Shown here in pieces: positions 24,801 through 39,800 of a stretch of 64,000 bases of DNA. Below the pieces are notes generated by a model. It searched no databases. It had not been told where the DNA came from and saw nothing but the letters and a program-made list of their open reading frames with translations. The position numbers were made by a program, and so were the translations under genes. The stretch's first letter is position 1; every line of letters begins with the position of its first letter. Origin of the DNA: Leptogorgia sarmentosa (lineage: Eukaryota); NCBI GenBank assembly GCA_964658305.1, contig OZ210885.1:9672001-9736000 (forward strand). Direction: 5' to 3'.

Positions 24801-27800
24801 ACAGTACGTACACTGTAGCACGTACCGCAATGGGAAATTTTCATTGCTGCATTTCATCATTATTAGTTTGCACATGTATTCATGCTTATGTTTGGGAACA
24901 TAACTGTGTTTAACTGCTCTTTCATGTCATTGAGTAGCCGTGAAAATTGACTGATTAAATTCAATTATTATCACATTTATTCAAGCAACTAACCTACCAA
25001 GTTCTAACAGTACAGCACAATGTTTGTCACAACAATTATAAAACAGGTCTAACTATATCAATTTTGTCTGTTGGAATAAGAGGATCTGAGGTCAAGATGG
25101 ACAAGATAAGTCAAACGACACCTGGCTATATATCTTGGCAATGGACAGTATTTCTAAAACAGTATTACTTTACAAACAACATTCATGTTGGCTTCCATTT
25201 GTTACTTTATCTATATTTTTTCATAAGTTAAAAACAAATGGTATAAAATGCTGTCATAATCTGTTGTCAGCTTGTAATTCAATTCATTTTCCTGTAATTG
25301 AATTCTATTATATATTGTAGTTCAATTCGATATGTGTGCATTAATTAGATACATGTGAAACGGCTAGAATTGTTCTTGGTTGATGTATCCCTATGAAATG
25401 CATTTCAGAGCAGTGGCGGCACTTGGGGCAAGGTGCCCCACCACCCAACTTTCACAGTTATAAGTGCCCTTTTAAAAAAGAAATTGACCTTCTTTCATGC
25501 CAAGAGGTCTAAACGCTAATATAATATACAATACCCGGCCTAAATGCCAAGTCTTTTGAATCTACTTGTACAGTATTACAATTTAAACATTAAGGTCTGC
25601 AACACAGGGTAATCAGTTGAAATATACACACACAAGCAAATTGTCTCAAAGTATATTTAGAAAGCTAGCATAGATAAATCTAATGGCCATTTTAAAATAC
25701 TCTTAGCATATACAAATACAACCAGCTTAAAAATTTGAAAGAAATCAGAAATTCCTAAAATAGTGCTTGTACATGAAAGCACTGGCTACCACCATACTAA
25801 CAATTAAGGAAAGACATTGCTTTCTTTCTAGGCATAATTTTTAATTACAATATTAGAATGCTGTTGCAAGCAGGTATTTTTTGTGCAATATTTGGGAACT
25901 GATTTATTCCAAAACATGATATTCCCCTCCAATCATTGCTTTATTGAACCATTAAGGAAGTTTATAATAAAGAATATGTTTTATCCGAAAGAAATAACAA
26001 ATATAATTCTGAAGAGACTCTATTGAAGTAAGATCTTCAAAATGTTATGAAATATTAACTCATACAGTATTGCATACCTGTTGCGACAACACATCTCACC
26101 CAATCTGTATGGCCAACCAAACTGGCCTCAAAATTTAGTGTATCGGCTTTCCACAACTTGATAGTCTTGTCACCATATCCAACAGTAGCAATGAACTGTC
26201 CATCTTTGGTCGTACACAGCGGACCGACTTCCTCAGGAATACTTGTTGAGAGGTTTTCTCCGGTAGATACACAATACACTTTCAGCCCTACAACGCATGA
26301 TGGATACTCGTCAGACTGATGTTTCAATAATGTCTAACCCTAGACGATTTTGTGAAATCTTGTTTTTAATTGTGTCCCTCTCCGGCGCTGAACATGCTCT
26401 GGCTGTTGCTGGCTTATGTTTTTACACTGCGTTTCACTGCGCTCTACAACGACGTTTACAGTTAACCGCTGGTTTGAAGATACGCAGTCGCTGGAATATA
26501 GAACACAAAAAGAATTAGTAAACATGGTCCAATCACACGATACGAAGCGTTAGCTGTTTGTAAATTTCATAAACCCACCCTCTACCATAGCTACATTGTG
26601 GGCAAATTGTATGCATTGTACAGGGCATCCATACCAGTGGTACTGTTGGTAAAACTTGGTTACAGATCGTGAAAGTTACAACCGTGAAGCAAGCGCCATG
26701 TATGGCAGTTGGGCTTCGTTCAAAATAATGAAAATATACTTTGTTTTCAAATGTAGTCGATTATGTACAACAGGTTACAGGTACGAATTCAGATAAAATG
26801 GTTGAAGTGTACGACGGATTAAGAACGAGCTCTCTTTCTCTCCAACCCGTTTCCGAAAGTTGAAATACAAATTTTTAACTCTTTTTTTTTCATTGAGTAT
26901 ATACCGCACGAAATAAAGACAAACACCATTGAAATCCTAGTGAAATGATCTTTCGAACGGTGGGTCGCTTGTTAGTTAAAACACAACACAAAAAAAATAA
27001 AGATTGATCGTCGGAAACGTAAGGCATTAGCATCTATCTGAGAAAAACAGAGTCCAATATGTTGAAATCCATGTCCTTATTTCTCCCTGAAGCAGCATAT
27101 TCATGAAACCTGTGTTATGTTCGTGTTATTTGCACATATAAAAATATTTCTACAAGCTTTTTTGCAATTGTCAAAAATTTCCCACGCGCACGGCATTTAC
27201 TAAAACAGGATAAATCAGGTTGCGCAATAGTCTGAAACATGTGGAAAACATGCCTTTGATTACGTAGGGTGCGTATTCTTATGTTTTTCAGTATTGGATA
27301 AACTCACTTCTGGTTTATTCGCACACGCATAAAAAACACGACAGGTGTCCCAGGAATTTCGCCCCCCCCCCAGCCAATTATAGTCATAGGGCAAATTCGA
27401 CCTAAATTAATATGATGTTGGAGAGAAAGAGTACTTTTCGTAAGTAATACATTTTTCTCTAAAATGTATTAACGATTATGCTGCACGAATCTGACGAAAT
27501 GCTTCTGAATTTCACATATTCGCTACGAAGCACAAGTTGAATACATACAGTGAATATTTAACTCATTGTGATGACTTCGTCGCTATTTACAGTATACTCC
27601 CACTCAAATATGGAACGTATTTAAAATAAGAACTGAAACAATATGCATCAATCCGCTTCATAAACGTTTAGTAAATAGCGATGTGCACAGTGGGGTAACT
27701 ACTAGGGGCCCAACCTGGCCGGGGCCCTGGGAAGAGGTTTCTTCAGGGCCGTGGCTAATGTGAAATTCAAATAATTTTTATTGAAACTGAAGATGCAAAA

Positions 27801-30800
27801 AAGTTCGAAGTTAACAAAATGTTAGATATCATTGAGTAGCTGAAACAATTTTGTTGCCTTTTAAATTGTGCTTGGATGTTGACAGTATATTAATTGTTGC
27901 AAATCACAGTCAATCTTTTACTGTTGTCATTGTTTCTGCTTTATAGGAACTTATTTTAGTGTGCTTCTTTTTACGGAACGTTTTTGCCTTTTGGGTATAA
28001 TTGAAGCAAAAGAGATGTTAAATAGCTATAATATGTTCGATAAGAAATAGCAGAATTAAAATGCATATCATATGCAGAATTCAGGAGAATATTTCGTAGA
28101 GTTAGCATAGTAAAAATGTGAAGCTAAGAGGAATAATAAAGAGGCCATCCACAACAGTTCAACCGCTGGCCGACACTGGAGATTTACGCCGCTGAATTTG
28201 CAACGTAAAACAAACATTTTGTGAACGTACTTTCAAGTATTTTTATTTGAAGAAAAAATAATTATTTTAATTAAATAAAAGTATTCCAATATTGAATTTG
28301 GTACCGGCGGGGTAACATATTTCCGAAAGTACGATCATTTGCGGAGTTATTTGACAAACATAATATGAAAAGGATTTAATTTTTTCTCCAATGGCATCGT
28401 TGCTGGCGTTCCTTCAGAACCGTTAAATCCGTACAGGTCAGCAAAATCTTATTTCTTATCGAAACTCGCGCACTTTAATACTAACTTTTAAGCAGAGCGG
28501 AAGTCGCGAAAACGTTTATGCAAATTTTCGTTTACGGTTTACCTATTCTGAACAACATTTTGATATCCTTTTTTGATTTGTGTTGAGATGCTTACCATCG
28601 TCTGCTCCAATAAACACTCGCTGATCATCTGCACTGAAATCCAGAGCATTAACGTTACGCTCCCCTTGGAACACAAAAAGCTGTTCATAACTGTCCATTC
28701 TCCAAAGGATTGTACTTTCGTCCCACGACCCTGACGCTAGTATTGTTCCACTTTGTGACACAGCCAAACAGCTAACGACGTCAGAATGTCCCTGTAGTTG
28801 TTGAACTTCTCTACCTGTTTATAAAATAAGATAGCACGTACATCAAAGGGCGTAATAGATCATTTTCACTCACATCGTTACTACACTAGGAGTGTTGTTC
28901 AAAACATTGTGGCAATAAAATAAATGACAGGACAAGTAACTACACTTACTAACCCATCAGATACACTCTACTTACACCGCTTACTGTCATTTTTACTATT
29001 ACGTCCCTATGGCACGATCTTTAATACTAAAAAAAAATAACTGTAATTTTGCGGAATTTACTGTGACGTGTTTCACAGGCGTGTGTTCTCATTCGTTACC
29101 GTTACGTTAACTACGTTATAATTTCATAAAAGTATGCCCTCATCTTTGTTGTGCAAGTCCATAGATATAGGTATCGAGCCAACTGGGGTTGATAGCGAAA
29201 TTTACTAATTTGAGTGTGCGAAATATTTTTGTGACGTCTTGAACGCGTGGGTAAGACTCGCTACTGGTCCCTGTTAGTGTTGGCTCGATAACTAAAGTGG
29301 TAGAATAACGGTCAAGTAACCTATACACGTAATTTATTGCTGTTTTGATGTAACAAATTATATATTCGTTTATTAAATCGTAAATTTCACCAACCACATA
29401 CTATACAAACATGGGTTTAATTGTAGAGCAGCCACACTTATGGCTGTTTTCCAATGCCGAACAGTTTACTGAAATTTATAATATATTTACTACTGTTTAG
29501 ATGAAATTTAGCGGCTGATGTTGGTGGTAGAACAGAAAGTAGATAATTGGAAAGCATGAATGAGGCCATAAACAGGAAAAGTTCTATACAGTGAATACCA
29601 ATGATTGCACAGGAATGTTGTCCTACTTGTATTTGTAATTACTGAACTTTCACATTTTAAAATTGGCAGATTTCATTTATGCACACGATTTCTTAATAAT
29701 TAATATGTTGCAGACAAAAGCATTCCCTCCAGCCATTTGTGAGATTATATATTTTTTACCCAGTAAACATATATTCTGTTCAAGAAATGACCGATTAATT
29801 TTTATCCCAGCGTAAATCTGGATGAACATGTCTCTTCAAGTATCTAATCCAAATTTCAAATATCATGATAAGACGACGACTACCGTACATGATTGGCTAA
29901 TTTTCTAATGAATTATCAATTACTTTGAGTGTAAACCTTTGTTCCCTCACCCATATCAACTGCATATTAACTATATTCTCATTTCAATGAATAACCAAGA
30001 TCAAAGCTTTTGTTTAGCTAAAAAGGCATGTATGAAGATGTTTAAAATATAGCATAAAAAGGTCAGCACTCATTTTCAAGCTGAAATTTAGACCCCGTTG
30101 TCGAGTTTGTGGCGTCTTACATCTTAAGGTCCCTACTATCAATTATTGGACGACGTCGCACGAAATACCGCGATTTATCGTTGGCGAGCGGATCAATTAT
30201 TTGCCGATTCCGCAAAGAGAAGCACGTAAGTAATCTGAGAACAACCGATGTATACCTGAAGCCTTTGCCAGAAATGTCGGACATGCGCCCGCGCAGCAGC
30301 CAGCGGGTATCCGTACAAAATTACAAATTATGAAAGAAAATGGCGTCGAGAAATACGTAAACAAAGCGTTTTTCCGCTCTTGCTATCGACTATAAAAAAC
30401 TAAACGAATTATCATCAACAACTTTATATAGCGGCGTACCTACACGAAAACACAGTCGTCTGTATGAAGTTGAGAGAATCCTTACACGCAGAAAAATACC
30501 ACAATCTCACACGGGATGATTCCCGCCAGCGCGGCACCGGAAATAAAATTGCAAGCGGATTTTTATCTTGAGATTATTTCGTGCACCCCCCTGGTTTATT
30601 TATTAGAATAGAGCGGTTCCTAAGCTTTATTTTGATACCAAACATGGCCGAACTTTGGGTAGATTCATTCTTTAAAATCGGCGTTGATTCATCTTATAAA
30701 CTTGGTTTTACGGTGGAAATTTTAGCTAAGAACTACACTATCCGAGATTCATATATTTACGATTTTTATAACAAATTTGAAACAAGTTAACGACAGTGTA

Positions 30801-33800
30801 TCTTCCCGAAATTATTTCACGATGTAGTGGTGTATATGTATTTTATAATGTGGAGTCTGCAAACGTTGCCAAGAGCACGAGAAACCAAGACTGCGCCGCG
30901 AAAACACTGCTAAATGGTGAAATTTGGGCTTAATACTATACTTTTCTATTAGGGAAAGTTCGTGGAATCAGTTCTAAAAAAGAAACAACTTAGCGGTATG
31001 GTATTGATAAAATATTACTAGGATATAATTACGAAGGATCATGCAAAGCGAAGCTGGAGTCTGCAACTCGGTTACAGCAGATAGAAATAGTTGTATTTTA
31101 TAATTTTCCTTCACACTGCTATAATTTCTATACAAGAACGGCGGCCATATTTAATTCAAATGCCCAGGCATGCGCAGTAGCAATGTCCAAAATTTCTGGC
31201 AATGAAAGCATAGCCACATTACCTAGGGTGATGCGAAGCATAATGGGACGAGCCCTGAGGCCAGTGGCCAGTGAGCTCCATGAGATTATAGCGCCGTGAA
31301 TTTCAGATGTAATCAACTACTTTACATTTGACCGCAGGTACGGTAAAAATGAACATTATTAATGTAGTTCCAGTTAGTTCATTATCAGCGCTAACAAAAA
31401 GAATTGAAGCTCAAGGCTAGTACAACGTTTCTTGACAATGGGTGATTTTGCACTGCAAAGTTTTGTTAATTAATAACGTCACCCGAGTGGCTTTGCGAAA
31501 TTGAGAGCGATTTCAAATTTGCTCAGTTTTTTATTCACGTATATCGCGCAGCCGCTCAACTTGCATAACTCAGAACTGCAGGATGATTCTTGCAAATGTG
31601 AGTGAAGATATGGTTGCACATAAAATTACAATTACAAGCAGAAGCGGCATTGAATCTGTGTTTTATCCCTTTTCCGGACCGGCGATCGGTCAAAAGAAAA
31701 AAAACTATTGAAAACCCCAAACCTTGCCATTAGTTTATCCATAGTACGTTACCACACGGTTACCTACCTGTGTCAAGATCAAAGATTGTGATTGAACCAT
31801 TATCTAAGCCACAAATGACAAGAGTAGCGGATAAAGTATTGGACGTCGCTAATGAGTATACGCTGGAATCAAACGTTTTTCGAAAGATCTCAGGGCTGCC
31901 AAGATCTAAACATGAGAATTCCGGTATAAGACGGCAAGTCTCCGTGCATGTTGCACGGAGTTGCTCCAATAGCGTCTTTATCCCCGGAAACTCTTCATAA
32001 GATAGCAGTCTGCCTGGAAAACAAAAATACACAACAGTATTAGCGCACGTAACAAATTCAGAAAATTTAAAATAGCATTTAAAGATGAAGACAATTTTTG
32101 ACCGGGAAAAAAATAAAACTGAACAACTAACTGATACTACAGGGTGTATAAAAAAAAAGTTTACTGATGAAAAACATTCTCCAAACCGACGAGGGCTCAA
32201 AATTTCGAAAAACTTTCGGTTAGCATTGGTAGTTTAACACCCTCTGGTATATCTAGCACTAAGTTTATTTTAAAAACAAACTTTTTTAGAATGCGAAATG
32301 TGGTTACTGAAAGGCCCATTAAAAACGGCTTGCGCGGAAAAAATAAGTTTTCTTCACACAATTTGATTTAATCGGATGAAAATATGGAGTACGATATACA
32401 AGCTATTCACGTTTTGAGAAATTTGGTGCACGCTGAGACGAACGTGCGATGTCCGAAAACTGGATTTTCCGCAATTTCTTCGCGTAATTTCTGACCTTCG
32501 GGAATTAGCTTTCAATTTGCATTGGTAATTAATGCAAATATCTAATGATGCATAAATTAATCCGCAATCACGCAGGAAAGAACGCAAAATCCAGTTTTCG
32601 GACATCGCACGTTCGTCTCAGCGTGCACCAAATTTCTCAAAACTTGAATAGCTTGTATATCATACTCCATATTTTCATCCGATTAAATACAATTGTGTGA
32701 AGAAAACTTATTTTTTCCGCGCAAGCCGTTTTTAACGGGCGTTCAGTAAAGGTTTAACAAAATGTTCGTTCCCTTCAGTGACTTTCATGATATAAAGAGG
32801 ACATAAAGTAGTATCAAAGTTTGAACTGAGACACTGAAAAAAAACGTTTTTGAAAGCTTCGCAATTGTTGAAAATGATGTTGAATTCTGTTTTAAATTGT
32901 GACAGTAAAAAGATGAGTAATTTATTTTATGATAACGGAACGAGTATTTATGAAATGATTTATTTCCGCATATGTTATACTGACAAGGGTTAATTCTGCT
33001 ATATCACCAGCAGTTGTCATGCTTAGTTGCTACACGATTAACAGAGTATAGTATGCATGTGTTCTTGATTGAGTTAGCAATGTTCTTTCCGACAGGAAGG
33101 ATATGCAACATGTGCGGTTATGCATAAAGTCCATAAATAACGACTTCAGCTCCGCGAAGAATAATCCTTCTTTGGTGGTGTCTTCAAAAAATCTTGGAAG
33201 TTTTCATTGTATATAATCATTTTCTGGAAGTTGAGATCACAGACATATTTACGATCGTGCTATAGTTCTCTTATCTGATCATTGGTGGCTGACAGTTGAT
33301 AGTTGAAGTACAGATGAAATACTGCATAACAGGTAGCCTTATATGTAGCTTTAATATACTGCTGTTCTGATAGACTTAGCTTCTGAGAAAATTCAACAAA
33401 ATTAATGTCATGGTTTCATCTGCTTTGATGGAGTCTATATAACTCAGGTATTCGTTCTAAAGCTTTCTTTAATATAGCTGCGACATTTTCGTGAAGATCA
33501 GTCTCAGATGAAGAAGAAGAAGAAGAAGAAGAAGATTTATCGCACCACCAACAAAATACATTATTTACAGAGTTTTTCCACGCGTTATTAAAACAAAATA
33601 GGTACAGGGTATCTGAAATAGCTTTTACGCTAATCAAAGTCAGATATCCTCATTTTAGTATTCGAGCCACTGTGGGTCAACATTAGATACACGGTCATAA
33701 GGAGAACTTATTAGCTTTTTGCATGCTTAATTTATTCTTGTATCTCATTTGCATATGCTCGTATCTCATTTGCATATGCAAATTTGGCAATTAGACACGC

Positions 33801-36800
33801 AAAAGGCGAATTATTCCAAAAAATGAAAGCTTGCGCGGCGTTTTGAAGGGCTTAAACTCAAGCATTTTTTCTGAAATTTTGAACGGAAATACAAAACCTG
33901 ACAAAGTTTCCGTCCATCAACTAAAAATTGCTTTTGAGCCTTTAAATTTCGTGCGCAAGACATTTTCTATCTGTTGGAAAAAAACACTCCCCCCGGGTTT
34001 TTGAAAATTTAAATTACAAAATTTTTTCGTTTATTCTACATTATAAGTACTCAACCAATCCACATAAACCGAAAACTTTGTACCTCGAGCCCCTTTGCGA
34101 AGTTGAAAATCTCTTCAGTTTTTTTTTATACACCCTGTAGTGTGGTAACAATCCAAAACAATTGCCATTCATCTACATGCAAGCGTACTTGGGCAGTGCT
34201 GGTAGCCGTTTCGACATATCGAGCAAAGACCCTTAGTCGTTAATTAGTACTGGGGTCAGGGGAAAACACAAGGGTTTTTATATTAGTGAATATATGGAAA
34301 CCAAGTAAAAACCAATCGGATGGATTTGATACACCAGTTTTCGAAAGCCTTCGCCAGATAAGTGGAATCTTATCGTATCGTTTAGCCAGTGAAACAAAAT
34401 TTATCAAAAAAAGAAAGTAATTACCTAACAGCTGTGGAGCAATAGAATGCAAATTCTCCTCGATAACCGCAAAAGACCGCATCAACGACGTCTTGAGCAG
34501 TTCGATTTCTCTCGAGGGCTGGTCCAGAAAACGAAAATCTGACATTAAGGAAGGGAGATCGAATTGATTCACCTTTTCATAAAGCCAGTTAAAATTGAAG
34601 AACAGTTTATGTAGTTCATCAAATTGCTCGGAGGAGTGGAGGTGATAGGTCAGGTACTTGAAATAATAATCCTTGTTGCCTTCAAATTTTCCCCAATCAC
34701 CGTTCTCGGAATGACCACGAAGTGCCTTCACGAACAATCTTTGGACAGAACCTAGTTTGCCTCCTACTTTTGCACGTGCAAAACCCAAAAGGAGATCGTG
34801 GAGACGGTAGCTCTTCTTTCCATGGATATCAGATCCTGAAAATTATCGTTATAAGGCGAATTTCAAATGAGTGCAAAATTTTGGTTAGCGATCGCTTTCT
34901 TTTGAAATGCTTGCGACCAGCCAAAGTTAATGAGAATTGCTGACTGTTTGTATTTCAAAATAAAGCGTTCGCTAAAAGTCGATCGCGCGCCATTTCGCCC
35001 TGAATTAAATTCTGCCATTAGAGAACATAGTCACGTATGGTGATTCGAAACGTTTTTGTACAGGACACTAGAGCAGTCTGGGACTGCAGTCAGGCTATAG
35101 TACAATAATTTTTCCGATTTAGAATACCCCAGGGCGATGGAAGTATTTTCCATTCAATTCGATTTGTTGCTCATCTAGGAATGTCAGAGGAAAACACTGA
35201 AAATATTGGGCAAATGAACGGGCAAATTTGGCTTGCCCACATATGAGTCAACATATGATTATAGCTGGAAAATAATTTCCTTAGGCTTGCTTGACGTTGA
35301 TTTGATTAAATGTTCAGCCTAACAACTTGTTGACAGTTAATATACAGGTTTCGCAAAAGGAGCTGTAGTAAAAAAGCATTTGAAAATTTTCTCGTCGTAT
35401 TCGTGCATTTCATTTGATTGCATGAAGCAACAGACAAATTTAGCGATCACAAAAGTTTAAAAATAAGACAACAAGCAAAAAGCTATCATCACAGTTGGAA
35501 ATAGCGTGCTGAAATTAGCATGAATACAAAGTTTGAAGAATAAAAATTATAAAATGAGGAAATTGTGCCCAAGCAAATTTAGCACAGTTAACATACAATT
35601 TATAAAGTAGAAGTGATTTAACACCCATTTTCGTCTGAAATGGATATAATTTTGTTTGCTCTGATACAATAGTACACAAAATGAACTGTGTCTGGCAATG
35701 ATATTCCCATTTTATGATATTTCTTCTTTAAACTTTGAAGTTATAGTAATTTTTCCACGCTGTTTCCAACTGTGGCGAAGATTTTTGTCTATTATCATGC
35801 ACCGTGCCTTCATTTACCTTTTTGAATCATCGACTTCTTTTCGAGCTCATCAAGTATACGTCTTGCTTCACGACGGCTGCACGAAGTTCTTCCGGCTACT
35901 TTGGAAGACCAAAACATCTCAAGAATGTCTGATGGTACATCCGTATCTTCTGGAAATAAAGCGAAATCTAGAAACTTTTCTCGTATTTCTTCGTTCAAAT
36001 GTTGAAAGCTGGCGTTAATGGCTGTTAAGACGTTGTCGTAAGGATAAGCGTTGGTGGGATATATTGAACGTAATTTTACCAAGTCTGCTGTTTTGAGGTC
36101 ATTTAAAACGTCTTCCCAGTCTTGTTCGTCGCGAGTGTCGGCTAAACTTGAACCCACTAGGGACAGAGCTAGCGGTAGATCGCCGCAGTGGTTTAACAGT
36201 TCCTTTATAATTTGCCGCATGTTTGAACTAAACTTAGACTGCTCGTCCTCGGTGACTCGGGCAGTTTGATACAAGAGCTTGTAAGAATCATCCCGTTTTA
36301 AAAATTTGAGTTTATACAAAGCAGAACCTTGTAAACCGCGGACAACTTCAGAATTCCTTGTAGTTATCAATAATTGGCATTTTCCAGAGAGATGATCAAA
36401 TACAGAAGCGTGGTTTACACTCCAAACATCATCAAGAATCACCAAGCAATCTTTATCACTCTGCAATACATGGAAAACTACTTTATCGTCGTATGTGTTG
36501 ATACTTTTCGACTTATTTATTGGGGGTAAAATTAATCGCGTCGGAGCAGAAGGAAAGTTATCATGACTTCTGAGTCAGAAGGACACCAACTCTCATGACA
36601 GAAACATGGTAAAAACATAGGGATCATTGAAAGTTTATATGAAAGTAAATTAGCACTAGGGATCTTTTTTGAGAACGGTTTCCTTGTTATATCGCGGCAA
36701 TGAGTATTACATAAACCCTGGGAAAGGTGCACATACCGTATTTGCTTTTATCCAGCCTTGCGCGGCACGGATATCAGAGAACGTCATTTCTCCACCAATA

Positions 36801-39800
36801 TCTTTTATGAGGAGGTTAATCAGCGCTAGACAGTCTGGAGTTTCTCCAATGTCAAGCCATATTACCTGACGAGATTCTTTGGCAGCCCAAGCAACGGCCA
36901 GAGCTAAGATGGTCTTTCCCAGACCCCCCATACCACGGATACCAACGACGTCGCTCCCACGATTCCCAACCACACCAACTCTACTATTTCCATTCGCAAG
37001 TAACCTTAATATGTCGTTCACTTCTGACGGTCTCTCCACCATGTCACGAGGTAGACATCGCAAACCATGGGCAACTAACATATAAAATAAGAATTGATGC
37101 TGTATTAGTAGACCCACTTTTGTGTGCGTAACGAATGGACAATTAATTACATATATAACTGGCACACCCATTTGCTAACGCTGTATCGTGTCAATCTACT
37201 GGGCGTCCCAAACAAATGAAAACGTTACCATTGAAAATAATCTATTGTTAGAATTACAATGCCTCCGTGCCTCGCACTATAAGTTTAACCCAAGGGTGTA
37301 CAAATTGTTGAAAATTTCTTAATAGCTATCGAAATTGTTGTTATAGATTATTTTCAATGGTTGCGTTTTATCAGGGGGGGCTGTATGTATTTAAAAGGGG
37401 TTGCGTTTAAAAATGCACATTCACTGTTATTGTCTCAAACTGGCTACTTTTTCCCATAATCATATAGAGGGTAAATTTAATAAAACCTGATGAATGACTA
37501 ATGAAGAGGACATTTTTTCCTCATTCAGGGCAAAATTACTTCACCCTGATTGGCTTAATTTTCAGAATTTTTCACGTATGGCTTCCTCGCATTATTTGTC
37601 GTGTGTGAAATCGTCAAATTAAAATAGTTTAATAAATATTAAAGAAAATTCTGTTATCTGCCTGTGCCAAAACACTGCACGCGAAGTCTCTTTGATTGCA
37701 TACACGCCATTTTCCCAACTTTTTGCGTTGTACACCTGTGCCAATTTAGAAACGTTAAACTGGAGAATATTACGCAAACTATCTTACTGATGGACCAAAT
37801 ATTGACTGAATGCTAAAATACTAAACGTCTAACTGATATACCTACGTAACTGCTTAATTCATACATAAAATTAAGTGGCTTCTCAACAGATCCGAATATA
37901 CTTCTACAATTACTCTCGCTGGCTAATTTGTGGCGCGTAATCACATTGTAATATTTTTTTCAACAATTTGATACCTTTTGGTGGCGAATAATTTCTTTGT
38001 CTCTCATGATGACTCTCCGTCTTGTTGACATTTTGCTGTAAACATTTAATTTCATTGAAAGTACTCTCAATTTTGTCCGCATGGCTTTGAAGCTCCTTAG
38101 AATGATGTTCAAATTTTGCCGAGTGTTGTTCAAGTTCCTTTGAGTGTTCTCCAAGTTCCTTTGACTGATGATCAAATTTTTCCGAGTGTTGTTCCAGTTC
38201 CTTCGAGTGTTGTTCAAGTTCCTTTGAATGTTCTCCAAGTTCCTTCGACTGATGGACAAGTTTTTCCGAGTTTTTCGCGACACATGTTTCAACTTTTTCA
38301 ATTCTGCTGACCAGTTTTGAATGGATGTTGTCAAGTTTCTCTACCACGGCATTCATCTGCAGAGATACATGTAAAGAGCTATAAATATTTCAATTTATAT
38401 TAAATATTCATGAATAAACATTAAAGATTAAAATATCTGCAGGGATACAAATGATGCTTTATTCACAGAACAATGCATGTATGAATGTGCGATATTTTCT
38501 GGTCAGCATTAGAAATGAAATTATATTTCCAAGCATCATGCATTATTCTTTTTAGAAATATTGCCCCATTGTCCCACAATGTGCTCCAAAAGTGCGACCA
38601 AAGTAGCCGGAGGAACTTCGTGCAGCCGTCGTGAAAGAAGACGTATACTTGATGAGCTCGAAAAGAAGTCGATGATTCATAAAGGTAAATGAAGGCAGGG
38701 TGCATGATAATAGACACTGTTAAGGCAGCGATATTTAGCTATCACATCTTAAATTGCCATAAAAAGAAGCAGAAAGTTCTATAATTAAAAAATTTATATG
38801 TTTTTGGAACTTATTGATCGATTATAAAGCAAATTTAACAGTTACGGAATAAAAATAAATATAAAACGGGCCATATGCCGACAAAATTTACATTCGCGTT
38901 AGCATAAAAAAGGATTTCAAATTTCTCTTTAAAAAGCATAATTCAAGTTTCGTTATACTTCATTTCGGATTCATATTCGAAAGGCATGGTATAAGCGTTG
39001 CCGCCATTAGATTTTCGTTCTTTAAAATGCTGTAGGCCTAATTCAGACGTCGTACATTTCATGTGCCAAATCTAATGTTAACGAGCTAAGTTCTTTGTTT
39101 GAGTTCAATTGGATTAGGCTTGGCACATCAAAAGTTCGACGTCCCAAGTTTCAACTGGCCTTATTCCACAGACACCAAAGAATATGCTCAGGTTGGATTC
39201 GTATTGAATAAAACAATGTTCCTGTAGTTATAAAGCAGTAGCATGCAAAATACTGCATGGCATAATTTCAACAAATAAACTACATGACCTCATGCATAAA
39301 CACGTCACAAGGTGTGATGCATACAGACAATTCTGGTTTTATAGTAGTAAAAGCAGGAATCTATGAAAACAAATGAACGTTTCCGTCCCGACCACCAGAA
39401 CCAGAACCGTGCACGACAACCTTTCGTGACGTCATTATACATAAGGTCTATTGAAATTTGACATGCAGGTCTGCTAGTTTTTAAACTTTTCAGAAAATTG
39501 TAGTTCAACGTTGAAACATCAATAGCAATTTTGCAAGGAAAAGTTATTGTTATCTACCAATTGTTTTGCTTAATGGGGTGTCCTAGGGCTAGTTTTTTCC
39601 TAAAAGAGAATTTATATTAGTATTTATCAGTAATTGATATGTAGTGTGTTTTATTTATCGCTCCACGCTTCGTTCTAAGTATTCTGTTGCAAACGTCTCC
39701 CCCAAAAAAGTATGCACATGTTTGACTTGTAACGTTTAACGGGTAAAGCAAAACTCATAAAAACAGCATTATCCTAAAAAAGCACAGATTGCGTTCCCAC

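Noticed and set aside
27688..28194. Old hAT-like MITE (CAGTGGGGTAA ... TTACGCCGCTG)
   Set aside because: TIR and TSD are both imperfect (GATGTGCA versus AATTTGCA); not enough support.
33050..33640. Decayed ORF and (GAA)n tract inside the 2-kb Tc1-like element
   Set aside because: Multiple stops and no recognisable transposase motif; product cannot be assigned.
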